A stretch of 64,000 nucleotides of DNA. Origin: Phyllobates terribilis. Its lineage: Eukaryota. The stretch covers positions 512,244,001 to 512,308,000 of the forward strand of contig NW_027362771.1 in assembly GCF_046119375.1 (NCBI RefSeq). The letters are read 5' to 3'. Below, in pieces: positions 1-13,978 of the stretch. How positions within the stretch are numbered: position 1 is the stretch's first letter; each line of letters opens with the position of its first letter. The position numbers and the translations under genes are program-made. The notes under the pieces are model-generated. The model was not told the origin of the DNA, searched no databases, and was given only the letters and a program-made list of their open reading frames with translations.

Positions 1-585
1 CTTGGACTGGCCCACAGGAGAACAGGAGAATCCTCCGGTGGGCCATCACCCGCTTAATGAGCGGTACTTGGCACTATATACTTGAATCACTCTGTACAGA
101 CAAAGGCGGAATCTTATTCATGTAACAATCTACCCAGTTCATTGTTCTATAAATTTGTGATTGAGGACAATGTCACATTTGCATGTAGCTGAAAAGTGGC
201 CTTGGTTACCGATGGGCCCCTGGCACCTCAGTCCAACACTGGTCGCAGGTTGTCATTTTCACAGAAAGAAAAAGTGCAGTTTGCTGTGTTTTTTCTTCTG
301 TTAAAGTACCACTCCAGGTTTGTTTGTTTTTTTGATTTTACCACCAGACAGGTATCGGTATAGTATGTATGTGTGTAGTAAAATACTTATTGGTGGTCAT
401 CTTGTACTGTTTCCAGCAGCGCTTTGGGCATCTTGTGACTGCAGCTGTGACTGGCCGGAAGTCAGAACTAACTGTTACTTTCTATCTTTGGCCACTTTCA
501 TCTGGATCTCCCTTCTTTGTTAGTGCTTGCAAAGTCTGTTTTTTTGTTTTTAATTCATTGCCTGAATTGGTATCACTGACCCTAA

Positions 586-777
586 GGCCACGTTCACACG
601 TTCACTATGTGGTCAGTGTTTTACATCAGTATTTGTAAGCCAAAACCAGGAGTGGAACAATCAGGAAAAATATAATAATAACATGTCACCACTTCTGCAT
701 TTTTCACCCACTCCTGGTTTTGGTTTACAAATACTGACGTAAAATACTGACCAAATACTGAACGTGTGCACGATGCC
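586..777. mobile_element. PIF/Harbinger-like palindromic MITE; related copies at ~10520-10690 and 36815-36935 (left half)
   Basis: taa|GGCCACGTTCACACGTTCA ... TGAACGTGTGCACGATGCC|tta; shared core gtaagccaaaaccaggagtgg. Confidence 0.75.
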
Positions 778-1206
778 TTAATGAAAGTCTACAAGAGCCT
801 CGTTCTGTGTCTCGTAGACTTGCATTGAGAAGTGACTTCTAGTCCAAACAGCAAATACCGGAGGGATCCAACCAGCCACAACTCCGGTCTCGTGGTGCAG
901 AAGAGAACCGGAGCGGCGCTGGAAACGGTGAAAGACAACAACCGATAAGTATTTTACTGCACTCAGGGGACAGACATTGCTGATACCTATCCGGTGGCGA
1001 AATAAAGAGAAACCCCGAGTGGTAAATTAAAAATGACGGTCAACCTAACAGAATCCCACTGACTCACTTTAAAGTCAGTGGGGTCCATGAGGCATCCTTG
1101 TGTCGGTCATGTGATGCAGAACTTTCCGCATCGTTTCCATTTCTCTCTTCCAATAGTGGAATAGAAAAACAGAACTAAGAACGCAGGTGTGAACCTAGCC
1201 TAATGC

Positions 1207-1390
1207 TAGTCCCACAGTATTATGAGTGGGATGCCAGGCAATTTATCACTCGTAGTCCCACAGTATTATGAGTGGGATGCCAGGCAATTTATCACTCGTA
1301 GTCCCACAGTATTATGAGTGGGATGCCAGGCAATTTATCACTCGTAGTCCCACAGTATTATGAGTGGGATCCCAGGCAATTTATCACTCG
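1207..1390. repeat. 46-bp tandem repeat x4
   Basis: tagtcccacagtattatgagtgggatgccaggcaatttatcactcg starts at 1207, 1253, 1299, 1345. Confidence 0.95.
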
Positions 1391-2639
1391 TGATAATATC
1401 CCACACACATGCCTGGGAAATTACAGGGCAATAGTGAATTCCCACAGGACATTTAATGTAATTTGTCCATAATACCACAAAGGCAAAAAGAAAAAATGAG
1501 AATATATAATATCGTGACCTTATGCCATAAAATATGCCCTTCCTATGGCATTGCTACAAGATGGTGCAAGGGGACCACATGATTATCAGTCCTTGTCGGA
1601 TCGGTGTTCTTGTTTAATGAGACCTTTTGCTCCTGCATATAGTGATGCCCCCTTTATTATCTCTATGTGCACTATTACAGTGTATGGAGAAAGGTTATCA
1701 GCAGATAACACCCTCAGCTCTGATATAGGCTATAACATAGGTAATTTCACTATTAAACACAGACAGGCAGATGGTAAAATAAAAACATTTCTTTACCCAT
1801 TTTTCCAAAGTCAGATTTCAAAGTGAATTCCCAGCTCTTCGGTAGTTTCAGCGACATGGTGAAGGAGCATGGAGTGTGCCCCTGGGAAAAAAAATCGCTT
1901 AGTGGTCTGCTTCTCAGGGCCCTTATCCACCATGTAAACCCATGTGTTATACAAGACCACGGTCTTCCTCTTTCAGCTGCTCCACTTAGCAAGTAAAACC
2001 CTGTAAATTCACAGAAATTCCTCTTGCCTGTATAGGTTCGATGTTTGCTGGGTAGTCACAGGTGGAGGTCCATAGTTATAGGTCTCGTCCGGCAAATCAT
2101 TTCATTACGGTTTTAGAAAAGAATCACAAAGAAGCCGACTCTCCGGTCTGTCTGTGCACAATGCAGCCGTGGAGGAAGTTGTGGGTATTTTATAAACACT
2201 TCTCGAAAAATGCTGAAAAAAAAAAAGTCTGCAATCCTGTCTGATAGGTTACGTGACTCTCAGAGACATGACCGACAATGCAAATAATTCCTGGAATCCT
2301 GTAACCTGTAGTTATAATCTGCATCGTAAATTAATGGACAATTCACATGCGTTGGATTAATCATGGATTTTGTGGCTGATTCAGGGGAAAATCAGGGTCT
2401 TATGTAACAATCTGAATCCCGAGCAAAGTGAATGCGGTTTCTGCAGCACAACTTACAATCAGTGAAAGAATGTAACACTTATTTTGTGCTGAAAAGACCT
2501 TGATGAGCTCCAGTGAAGAGACATGGGAGATTTCCTTGTGCAGATCTGCTGCAAATGTAACACATGGGTTCTTAGAAAAACGCCTTGGATCTTGATGTAA
2601 CAGACTTGTAAATGTGCTCATATAATATTCTGATTTCTA

Positions 2640-3560
2640 TTTGCACAAAGAAATACCTGTGTTAAGTCTCACCTAGTGAAGAGGATCCTTGAAGACCGTG
2701 GTCCAGCTGAGAGAGTGGTTAGACGGCTCGGACAGATGATGTCGGTACAGCAGGGAGATCCAGGTGGAACAGAGGAAACAGTGAAGGCAGAACAAGAACC
2801 ATAAGGAGCAAACGGGCACCAAAGGATCCAATTAACCAGAATTGAGATTAAGGCAACAGGCATAACAAAGCTGTAATCCACAACAGGAAGCAGGGGAGAC
2901 GGAGGTTGAGGAACCGTTAAGGCAGAGCTCGCAGGACTGGTGTGAAGTACTCTTTCGAAGGCCTTTCATGGCATTGCCCACATGGTCTCCATACCAATCT
3001 CCGGCTATAATTGTGTCCACGACAAAAGTGGTTCTCCTCACTGGAGATGATAGACCTCCATTCCAGCCTCTATTGCCATCTTGCTCAGCACCATGATAGC
3101 CTTTGCGAGCAGTGATGTGAGGTTAATGGAACAACTGTAGCAGGACATTTGGCTCATAGACGAATGCCGTGCAAATGGCTCCTGATGGTTTGTGTAGTCG
3201 CGGTTTGCTGTCTTAGGCTTGCAATGTGACTTCATATTTCACTTACAGCACAGAACCAGTGATTCGTCCATTTCTCCAAAGCCAACGACAGACAGCATGT
3301 TTCATGTACTACTGTGAGCTGAATGTATGGCCTGAAAGTGTTACTATGGCCTGCAGCATCTCTGGACTTTACCTCTATCAAGCACATCTGGGAAGTCATT
3401 GGTCGGAAATTGCAATGGGGGCTGCCAGCAGCGGATATTGATGATTTGCCCATGTGCATTCTGTGCACACACTGCACATTGTGAGAATTCTCCGGTACCA
3501 GGAGCAGACGGTCATCTAACGACAAGAATACGATTTGCAATCACCCAGCCACAATCCAAC
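2640..3560 (+). pseudogene. Old Tc1/mariner transposase relic
   Basis: 3347-3415 translates WPAASLDFTSIKHIWEVIGRKLQ (Tc1 WPxxSPDLNPIEHxW motif); DWCEVLF at ~2935; many stops and shifts. Boundaries approximate. Confidence 0.7.
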
Positions 3561-4779
3561 TAGACTGTTTCCGGCCTCACTCATTACACTTGTATTGAGC
3601 GATGCTTGTCCCATCTAGTCGGATTGTGGCCAGGCGTATTCATATAGGATACTTGTGGTCACATGACTGCTCTTTCCGATGCGGACACCAGATAATCATC
3701 AAGTGGAGCCATATCCTAATAGTATGCACATTACACACTGCTAAAATTTTCCGTGGTAGGTGATGGAGGGGAGGGGTTCTTTTGCCTGTTTTATATTTGT
3801 ATGCGTTTGTAGCAATTGGTATAAAAGTGATTTGTGACCCTTTTTATCTTCTTATTTTCTAACAGGAATAACAGAAGATGACAACAGCGTTAAGTCTGTT
3901 ATCGGCTTATGTCCAATGATTTTTTATTTATATCCCAAGATAAATCCAAATGTGTGGGCTGAATCTCAAAAGAGAAAAAATAAATAATGGAAATGTACCA
4001 ATTAGACCTATCTATATGGGGAGAGCTTCCTGCTGCTTCACACCCAGGATATTTTGGCAAGCTGCAATTAACTGAGTCACATCTTTAATAAATGAATGCC
4101 AGTTAAATCCCTATAAGCCATCTGTGACTTTTATTAAAGTACAATAGATAGGAGGGGATCAGGCAGTATGAAGACACCTCTGCAAGCCACCTTCTCAGCG
4201 TCACTGGATCTTGAGTAATAAATTGCAACTGGGAGATATGAAGGCAAATTTGGAATTCTTAAGTTATACATAGAGGTGCGAGTTAACACTTAGAAGATGT
4301 GGAGATAACCTTTTAATATTACACACTACTGCCATAAAAAGAGATTTATTTTGCTCCTGAGGATTTAATGCTATTAAATAAAAAAGAAAGTAGTACGAAG
4401 GTAGCCTCAGCCTTAAAGGCCCATGACAGATTAGTCTAAAGTCGGCCAGCCTGCGGTCCTTAATCACATAGCAGTGATTTTTTATTTTCACATCCACAAA
4501 AATAAAAAGCCATAAATGACAGTCTGTCCCTTCTCTCCAATGAATTACGCAAACCAGAGGAAGCCATGCAATTAGCTGTAAGAATGTGGTGGAACCATCA
4601 ACAATTGTAGAGTTTCCATGTAGCACTGCCACTAGGACACTAATGTGCTATTCATATAATGCATGGATATGCCAAGTCCCCTTTCCAATCCAGTGGCAAA
4701 CATAGAAATTGTGGGTCCTCTGAACAAAAGTCTATTTTGCCCTCCCCCACCTCCACAAAAAGGAAGCACCAAAATGTTC

Positions 4780-5220
4780 TTCTCTACTATGATATCCTTT
4801 ACACAGCCCCCATACAGTATGATTCCCCACAGTGAATTTTCCCACACAATTTGCCCCCCACATGTACCATGATGATGATCCCAGAGCATGATGCCTCCAC
4901 AGTCCCCCCAACACAGTTTGACATCTCTACAAACTATGAAAGGCCTCACATGGTATGATGACCCCACAGCATGATGGCCCCCAGTTTCCCATACAGTATA
5001 ACGCCCCCACACAAAGTGAAGGAGCACACAGTTCCCATACAGTATGATAGCTACCACAGTCCCCCCTCTACCCCAATACAGTATGACGCCATTACACAGT
5101 AGGCTGACACATCCGCCACCCATACAGTATGACTACAACCCCCCCCCCCCCCCCACACATGCACGATGATGCCACCACAGTCCCCATACAGGATAATGGC
5201 TACCACAGTACTCTACAAGT
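4780..5220. repeat. Degenerate cccccatacagtatgat minisatellite within an old MITE
   Basis: Recurrent c-rich catacagtat(g/a) units. Confidence 0.6.
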
Positions 5221-7338
5221 AATTACTTACCTAGCCTCGTTCCACAAGCTTGCTGTTTCAGTCTCTGCAGATATGATCAAATGATATCAATGTGCCTGCT
5301 GTGCAGAGACTCAGACCCACAGGCTTAATGGTGGAACAGGGAGTCGATGGTTCTCTCCTCTACCACTGTGGGGAATAGAATTTGCATACTGAGGACGATG
5401 AAACTGTTGAAATTGCAATGCCAGGCAAAAGGAGGAAGCCGCCTCATTTGGCACAACCCCTACCTCTCCCCCACCCACCAGGGATTGCATGGTCTGTTGG
5501 TATAGACAGTGCACTCTTGAATAGTTCTTAATTTTTCAAAATGTTAAGCTGTACAACCTCTTCTTTTCATGGTGTTATTATAAATACCTTTGCAAAAGCT
5601 TTGATGCAACTTTTCAAACATTAAAGAACCAGATTCCACCAAATGAAAGTCGATGCACACCTCTGAAGCCATGGCTGTGTGTGTGCTTTTAGAAATTGAA
5701 TTGTAATTGGTTCTCAGTAAAAAAAAAAATCATTTTTGTTTATGGTTTGGTCTGAAGAGCGTACATGCAATCAAGGTTGAATGGCAGTATATGCTCAGTA
5801 TAGGATCAGACAGCTCACCGACATCTCAAGGCTGCAGCCACTCCAGCCAGGGTTGAAAGACCAGCATAGATAGATCATTTTTGTGCATTCTCCCACCTAC
5901 TTGTTTTGCAACCATCTTGTCCATCCTCTTCCTTAATTGACAGCTTTGGCGTTACAGTAGAAAATAGGACGGCGATGCATGGAAAAACAAGCTGGTGGGA
6001 CGGTGCCAGACTCCTTTTAAGCCAAGGACAAAGTTACAACTCTTTCTAGACTGCAAACGTCCACTTGAGGGTCCCAAATGGCTAATGACATACTGTGTAC
6101 AATGAACTCTATGTAGTAGAATACACTGTATAGATATGACGGCACAGAACACAGATACATTGGGTGATTTATAAGGCTGTATGCACCAAAATTCTTTGTT
6201 ATTTTGTGGCAAAAGCGTCTTCCAGGCTTTGCACTGAATTGTGTGCGTTTCAGACATGATCTAGACATTTTCCACAAGCTGTTGTGGTGGATCGCTAAGT
6301 GGACAGGAAATAGAAAGTGGTCTATACGGTGCCCCAAAATTGCACCACAATTTGTTGTGACTGAAAGTGAACCTGACCGGTAAGACATGCTTCCCAATCC
6401 ACGGGGAGCATGTATCAGGCACTGGCTGTATGCTCTCAGCGAGGTATGTTTGACTCTGAAATACTGTGGCATTTAAGAAATCTTTAAAAGCTGCCGGGGA
6501 CCAAACTGTGCTGTAGATTAGTCGGATTGGCGGGACACCAGAAGTTCTTCCCGCCTGCTGCCCTGGATTGACAGGTCTCTCCCTATACGTGCACATAGGC
6601 AGAGATCTGTCATTCAAGGACAACAGACGGGGGAAGCCACCAGGGACCCACCTGTCTGACTAGTCTTCCATGCAGTTCGGTCTAGGCGGCTATTAAAGCA
6701 TGTTTTTCTCCAACGCCACAGCATTTCAGTGTCAAACATACTGCCCGTGGATCGGGCAGCATGTATCAGCTTTCAGGGTCACTAATTGGCCAAAGTAAGC
6801 CAACATGGAGTAAACCTAGACTAGATAGTCTTTATAGACTATGGTGGCCATTCATCAAAAGGAATTATGCATAAATCGCTTTGAAAAGTCTAAAAGCAAC
6901 ATATGGTGTTTTTATGCCAGTTTTGGCAGAGAGGGACTATGACTATGCAGCTTGTCTAATTCATGAAGAGCTGCGGTGCACCTTATGCCAGAAATCTTAC
7001 TTCAGTCCCCAACTAGAGTGCGATTTGTGGTGAGGTGCATGAAGGGGCGCACCACTTTTCAGACATATCTAATTCATTAACAGGCACAGGCTTCTTAATG
7101 AATGAGGAGACTCTGCCTCCTCATCAAGTGAATAACGCTGGTCATGATGAATCAGGGCCTATAAATTTATTAAACTAGTGCAGCTGTGAAAAATCTGACG
7201 CATTTTAAAGACGGCCTTTCACTACATTTTTGGAACTGGACATGCAATGTACCACCGGCTGCAGAGCAGAATAAAATGTTTTGGTAAGTTGTTTCTTTCT
7301 TTAACTTCTCTGTTGTGCAGATATTAGCATTCAAAGCA

Positions 7339-8092
7339 CTGTATTTTTCGGACCATAAGACGCACCTAGGTTTTAGAGGAGGAAAAAAAAAAAAAAAAAT
7401 TAAAGCAAAAAATGTGGTCATGATGCACTGTTAAGGGGGATAGGGTCTGCTGCTGACACTGTTATAGGGGTAATATCCCCCATCCTGGTATGCATGGCCC
7501 CCCTCAACCTGGTATGTATGGCCCCCCACTCATACCCATCCTGGTATATATGGCACCTTAATCCCTCTTCCCGGTATGTATGCCCCCCCCTCATTCCGGT
7601 ATGTATGGCCCTCCCCTCATCCCCGTCACACTGCACAGAAAAAAATATATATATTATACTGACTTCCTCTCTCCTCCAGTGCTGTGTCACGCTCTGTGCC
7701 GGAATAGTCACTGCTCCCTACGCCGGGACTGTGTGCGTGAGGTGCAGTGACCATTCATTCTCCCTAATAGGACGCACACTGTAGCTGCAGCGCGGCTGCT
7801 GCTGCGCTCGGCTGTCAGCGTGCCCGCTATTAAAGGCCGTGAATATTTACCACACCCATAGGAGTTTATTTTTTTTCTGTGCAGCGCCATGGGCGTGGGG
7901 AGCAGTGAACATTCACTTTCTTTAGTAGTGGGCACAGTGTAGGCTGCAGCAGGCAGCTGCTGCCTCCTGTCCGCCGCAGTCGCTTCCCCCACCACCCACA
8001 GTATTTATGTATATCGGACTATAAGACGCACCCCCTACTTTCCTCCAAAATTTTGGAGGAAAAAAGTGCGTCTTATAGTCTGAAAAATACAG
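7339..8092. mobile_element. Tc1/mariner (Tc2-like) MITE
   Basis: TIRs CTGTATTTTTCGGACCATAAGACGCAC/GTGCGTCTTATAGTCTGAAAAATACAG followed by TA; internal degenerate ccccatcctggtat minisatellite. Confidence 0.8.
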
Positions 8093-8124
8093 TATTTGCC
8101 ACCTAATGACTTAACTATTGTTAA

Positions 8125-8496
8125 AGGGAATCTGTCACCAAGTTTTTGCCCTGTAATCTGACAGCAGCATGATGTAGGGCCAGAGACTCTAATTCCAGCA
8201 ATTTATCACTTCGTTTACTGGGCGCTCAGAAGTTTAGCAGTGCTCAAAATGTGGAGCCCCGTATAACCCCACCCACACCATTAATTAGCAGCTTTGTCAA
8301 TATAAAGTGTACACAGGAAGATGCCAATCAGTTGTGTGGGCGGGGTTAAATGAGTCACGAGGTAGCTTGTCCTATAGTGATAATCTCCTGCTGATAAAAC
8401 ACTGATTGTATTGAAACTGCAAAACACTACCAAGTAAGTGACATATTGCTGGAAACCGGGTCTCTGCCTCTACATCATGGCGCTCACAGATTCCCT
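8125..8496. mobile_element. Kolobok/T2-like MITE
   Basis: TTAA|AGGGAATCTGT ... ACAGATTCCCT|TTAA. Confidence 0.8.
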
Positions 8497-11400
8497 TTAA
8501 GTCAAAGTGGGTGTTATCAGATAGTTGTCAATGCGGCATGTACTTGATTCCTCTGAATGATTCTGAAGAATCCCAAGGCAGGCATCAATACAGCAAGAAC
8601 ATATACCTACACTAGGTTACAGCAGGTTTCTCAGTGTGAGATGTAATGATACAGCCCTGATCTTCTGGTCTAACCTCCCACATAATTACTGTAGGTATTA
8701 GTCATCTGTGCTTTCTTTCAGATAAGATCCCTGTGTGGAGGTGGGGCAGCACAGCAAAATTTAGCTGGGTCACATTACAAACCTTTTCATCAGCTCTGCA
8801 CACGTCTGTTGTGCTCAAGCAATTTGTAATCGCTTTGCAGAGAGATCAGTTTGTAATTACATCTCACACAGGAGAGGCCCAGAACAGGCTGCTTCTGCGT
8901 GAGATATAATAACAGACAGTCTGATCTCGCTGCAGAGCATTGAGCACATCAGACAAGTGTAATTACATCTCAAACACTGAGAATCCTGCTCTAAGCTATG
9001 GTGGGGGCGCGTTCTTTCACCTGTGGGTTGCCGCTTGCTTATGATTGGTCGGCATCATACAGGAAGAAGTACACGCCTCCAGTGAAAACTATCTAATAAC
9101 ACCCACTTGGACTTAACTTATTAGGTGCCAAATATTTTGATTGCTAAAAATCTCCATAATGGCAAGGCAAATTATATAAAAAAAAGTTGTATTTAGCTCT
9201 GCAGCCACGATTACATTGGGAATTCAGTTCAACATGAAAATTTTGATGAAAAGGTCTTTAATTCGCTGCATCTTCTCAATTGTATGCGTCTCATCTGTGA
9301 CTGGAGTAACATTTCTGGCGTAGAAAATGCTAGCACTTAGGGTGAATTTGATGGGTGGACGTAGCTACACTCCATCTCTTCCCCAGCTCCACCCATTTTG
9401 GCAGAGTTGCTTCAAACTGGCATAAAAATGCCAAAAGTTGTACATGTAAAAAAAAAATTGCAACTTTTCAAAGTTTTCTGGCGAAAACACTGAATAATTG
9501 CCCCATTATCTTTAAAGTAATGTGCTGGATAAATGCTCAGCTATTTGGATAGTTACAGACTACTACTACGACTACATCATTGTGTCATCTGAAACATTTT
9601 GCATTCTCATCAGGAACATATCAAAATATTCCATATCATCGGGAACCCAGGGTAGAAAAGAAAAGAAAAAAATAAAATAAACTTATTGGCTACAAAATAC
9701 TTTTGTTGTAGACATTTATTTTTTATTTTTTCAGTTGCATAAGTATATAAATAGAATAAACATACATTATATTCACATGGGAACATTCAGTTCAGAGAAG
9801 AAACACCTCGTATTGCTAAACACAAGGAGGCTTCACGGAAAGAGGCCGGCACTGCAAGACAATACAAGTCTAGAATATGCTTCTAATTGTGTCCTACAGG
9901 CTGTTCCCTGTATGTTTAGCATCAATGCTAAGGTCAGCTCTGCTCTTTTTACAGAGAAAGATACTCGGACTCTGCTGGCCAAAGAACTTTATGTGGATTC
10001 CCTCATAATGTGACTTACAGGAAATTGTAGACCACCCCCAACAGCTGACCCCTCAAGTTGTCCAATTCTTCCATCCAACTGCTAAACCACAATATATACA
10101 CATGATGGGATCATCAATGGGTTGTACTCAGAACTCCCTTGGACGCATGACTCAACCAGATAGCTGTAACGTGCGGTGTCAAATTTAGTCACATATTTTA
10201 TAGATTTTTAAAAAGGATCACATAAAATCTGGCCATCTCTACTTCTTAGAAAGTTAAGCTTGTGAGTGCAATTGCTCCAATAAATGGCCCAGGGAGCACC
10301 AAACAAGAGGTAAGAAGAAGTACCCTACCCAGCTGGGTTTTTCTCAACACTCAAGGACTTTAGACTTGTGTTCGTGGGAATGGTAGGAGTTCCAACCATC
10401 GGATCCCCAGGGATCAGACTCTGAGAAGTTATGGTTTGTCAACTTCTTTAAGTGATCTTTTAGATCACTCGTGATTAAATGGGTTTTCTGGGCTGAAGAG
10501 AGAAATCTGCGGTCAATGTTAGGGCTTATTCATACATCAATATTTGGTCAGTATTTCAGTATTTTGAATCAGTGTTTCTTTACCAAAACCAGGAGTGGAA
10601 CTTACAGAGAAAAACTATAATTGAAAGATTGACAGCTGTTCTCTGTTTTGGAGACACTCCAGTATTTTTTGGCAAATATTTGTGTGCCAAGACCAGATGT
10701 GTGACTAAAGCCTTATATTGAAAGAAGCAGCACCTGACAACAGTTATCCAGATCGCACACATGCAGCCACGTGACTGCCCACTCGTCCTGCAAATGCAGA
10801 AGAACCTTGACAGGGCACATTGCACATAGTCACGGTTCAGCAGTCTGTGGTCACACGAAGTGACTGAAGATTTTTCCGCCCAAAAAACCCCTTTAAACTT
10901 TTGAAAAAGTCTCTCCCCGATTCCAACGAGTCAGGTGGGTGGAGATCACTTCTTCTGACCTTCTAATGGTTGCTTCTTCAGATGTAATAGCACTGTACCA
11001 ATGTCAGGCTCCATTTACACCACACTACCATAGAGCCTACTGGCCACTACAGCTTTTGAAACCAACCATACGTCCCCGAGACTCCTTTATTAAATTTTTT
11101 TATATGCGCTGTCAAATATACAAAGGACTATATTAGTGCCTTTTAGGTACCAGCAACACACAAGCTGAAGCTGCAGTATAAAGCAGGTATATACAGCATC
11201 TACTTCAACACTTTGGCCAATAGTAATATAGATCTCTGCATGGTAACACAAGATCTCTTGGCCGGCGATCCGGCCCCACAGCAATTAGAATAAAGAAAAA
11301 TATCAAATTAGACAATTGATCAGTATGTGCTTTCTGCTTAGTTTCAGGATTGGTTGAATCTTAAAAAACAAAAACAAAAAAACAAGTTATTTAAATAAAA

Positions 11401-12425
11401 AACACATATAGTAAATGCAATAAATATATATAAACATTTATGGGACAGTATTTGACAGACCGTACAACCCTCCATACATCTTTTTGTACATATATCACTA
11501 TTCTCAAAATTCAGTTTTAAAGGGGAATTTGTGAGTAGGACAGATCTAGTAGGTGCTGAGCAGGGGCGGAAACATAACGCGTGCTCCATGCAATTAGTGA
11601 AAATGACATCCAACCAAAGATGGGCCAAGCAAAGTAGGAACACATAATACCCTGCAGACTGGCCAATATAGGACATGCCGGATTATAGCTATCCTCTCTT
11701 TCACACCACAGGATGCTCACTCTTTTACAGCAACATATAGAAATAAACTTGTTTTTATTTATTGAAGGCCAAGCATTTCTTTACAATGAAAGCAGAGGAG
11801 AGGGAAAGTGCACGCTGGATGCTGGGCTGTGACATGCGGTGAAACACCACCCACAGCCCATCAATCAGGGGGGACGCGCGTCACTAGGTCACAACTGGCT
11901 GAACTTGACGTGACATCAGCGGATGTCAGATGAGGCTGCAGCCGGGTCACATGATGCCTGTGAGCGGTCAGCGATAGCGCCGCTCACAGGCAACAATGAC
12001 AATGGAAGGCAATTACAAAAACACTTCTTTCCACTGTTTAAATCAATGGAGGCATCATGTATAATAGTGGACAACCTCTTTAAGTTACTTGCAAAGTTAA
12101 AATTCTCCAGTGACATATAAAGTTTAGAGCATACACACCAAAAATAAATATGTTCCCTGCACCTGGACAAAAAATACCAACACAGCAGCAAAACTATAAG
12201 GCCTGGTCATCATAAAATACTGTTATGTAGCCTCTATTCGCAGTAGTAATGGAATAACTAATCAGCGATTGATAGGACAATAAACATGTGAAGGTAGAAG
12301 AACGACCATCTGACATGAATGTGAAGCCAACGTTCTCCAGACATAAGAACAACATATTCACAGCAACAACTAATCTGTATATGTAGAGTGCAAGACCTGG
12401 CAAGCCTGTAAGGGGGGCACTTAAT

Positions 12426-12910
12426 CTTCAGTAGACCCCCATGTCCTGCCCAATCACCTCAGTCTTCAGTAGACCCCCATGTCCTGCCCAATCACCTCAG
12501 TCTTCAGTAGACCCCCATGTCCTGCCCAATCACCTCAGTCTTCAGTAAACCCCCATGTCCTGCCCAATCACCTCAGTCTTCAGTAGACCCCCATGTCCTG
12601 CCCAATCACCTCAGTCTTCAGTAGACCCCCATGTCCTGCCCAATCACCTCAGTCTTCAGTAGACCCCCATGTCCTGCCCAATCACCTCAGTCTTCAGTAG
12701 ACCCCCATGTCCTGCCCAATCACCTCAGTCTTCAGTAGACCCCCATGTCCTGCCCAATCACCTCAGTCTTCAGTAGACCCCCCATGTCCTGCCCAATCAC
12801 CTCAGTCTTCAGTAGACCCCCATGTCCTGCCCAATCACCTCAGTCTTCAGTAGACCCCCATGTCCTGCCCAATCACCTCAGTCATCAGTAGACCCCCATG
12901 TCCTGCCCAA
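12426..12910. repeat. 38-bp minisatellite, ~13 copies
   Basis: Unit cttcagtagacccccatgtcctgcccaatcacctcagt, almost invariant. Confidence 0.97.
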
Positions 12911-13978
12911 TTGCCTCAAGACAAAGATTTTACATTACTCGACAAGCACACTTTACCTGCTGGCTGTATCACATTTTTTTGTGATCCCATTGTTGGTGGG
13001 ATGCAAATTCTCCATCAACTCTGACATTTACAGTAGAGTCAAATAAGGATCCAATTGCTGAAATGCAACCTGTTCAAACGCCCTGGTGATGAGTGATGCC
13101 AGACGGTCCAACAGCCACTTATCCTTCACGTTTTAAGCCATTACGTACTGATATAAAATAAATGTTTTTGTGGAAATCTTGGCAATAGCAGACGTCTGAA
13201 AGCCATCCAAGATCCATGGTTAAGTTAAAAGTGCCTTTTAAAGGGCTTAGACTGATAAGAGTAAGAAATACTCATCCTCACTGATCACCTTCAGCTCCTC
13301 TCCTAACAATAACAAGGTCCTCTACGGTCTCGTCTTCCAGATTCCACCTAGACACATTGGAAAATTCAGCTCAATCAAGGATTGAGGACGGTCACTGCAG
13401 TGGCCAGGGGTAGGAAGAGCGGGCATTTCGGTATGTCGAGAGAAACCAAAAAGCAGAGACCAAAAGGGACTTGGTGGATATTAGAACATCCGCTAGAGAT
13501 CATTGAGTGCCTGTGCTAATTATTTTACTTTAACTACTCTGAGCCCTTTTATAATTACTTATTATCCCCCTCATAATCCTCTTCAGCTGCCATTGCCTGT
13601 GAAATGTGACAACTCTAAGATAATGCAGTAGATCTACAGGTCGTCCCGCCGTGGAAGGCCAAACTACGCATTATGGTATTGTAATTATGAGTAGTATCAG
13701 CTCTGTGACATCTATACGCACAATAGATAGTATTAGCTAATATACATTTTATCTGCTACGTGACAACACACCCTTCCAGCACCTCTTCTGCATCGGGAGG
13801 CGAGAGGTGGTACAGAAATTGAGTCCACTGGCCTCTTTCCAAGGCTCATGCATCCTTGGCAGAGTTAATGCACTTATTCCAATTAGAATTGGACACGTGC
13901 ATGATATCCGACAAAAGGCTAACACGACATCGCCAGAGCCTTCCACCTCCCAATGCAGAAGGGAAAGGCTCTAGATAT

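Noticed and set aside
2640-2815. Plus-strand terminal exon (…SHLVKRILEDRGPAERVVRRLGQ…EQEP-stop)
   Set aside because: Contiguous with a decayed Tc1 transposase; no recognisable host protein.
3866-3895. Plus-strand micro-exon after a good acceptor (ttttctaacag|GAATAACAGAAGATGACAACAGC)
   Set aside because: No convincing donor, no partner exons and no recognisable protein.
5380-5420. Hammerhead-like string tttgcataCTGAGGAcgatGAAActgttgaaattgcaa
   Set aside because: No stem II, extra bases break stem I register, and there is no NUH triplet.
12426-12910. CRISPR-like array (also considered for 26120-26510 and 1207-1390)
   Set aside because: Units are head-to-tail with no unique spacers; eukaryotic context; no cas genes.
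13084-13152. C/D-box snoRNA (GTGATGA...CTGA)
   Set aside because: No terminal stem, no host intron and no convincing rRNA-complementary guide.
1-13900. Neighbouring gene such as a prokineticin receptor, expected from amniote synteny
   Set aside because: No GPCR-like or other recognisable coding exons in any frame.
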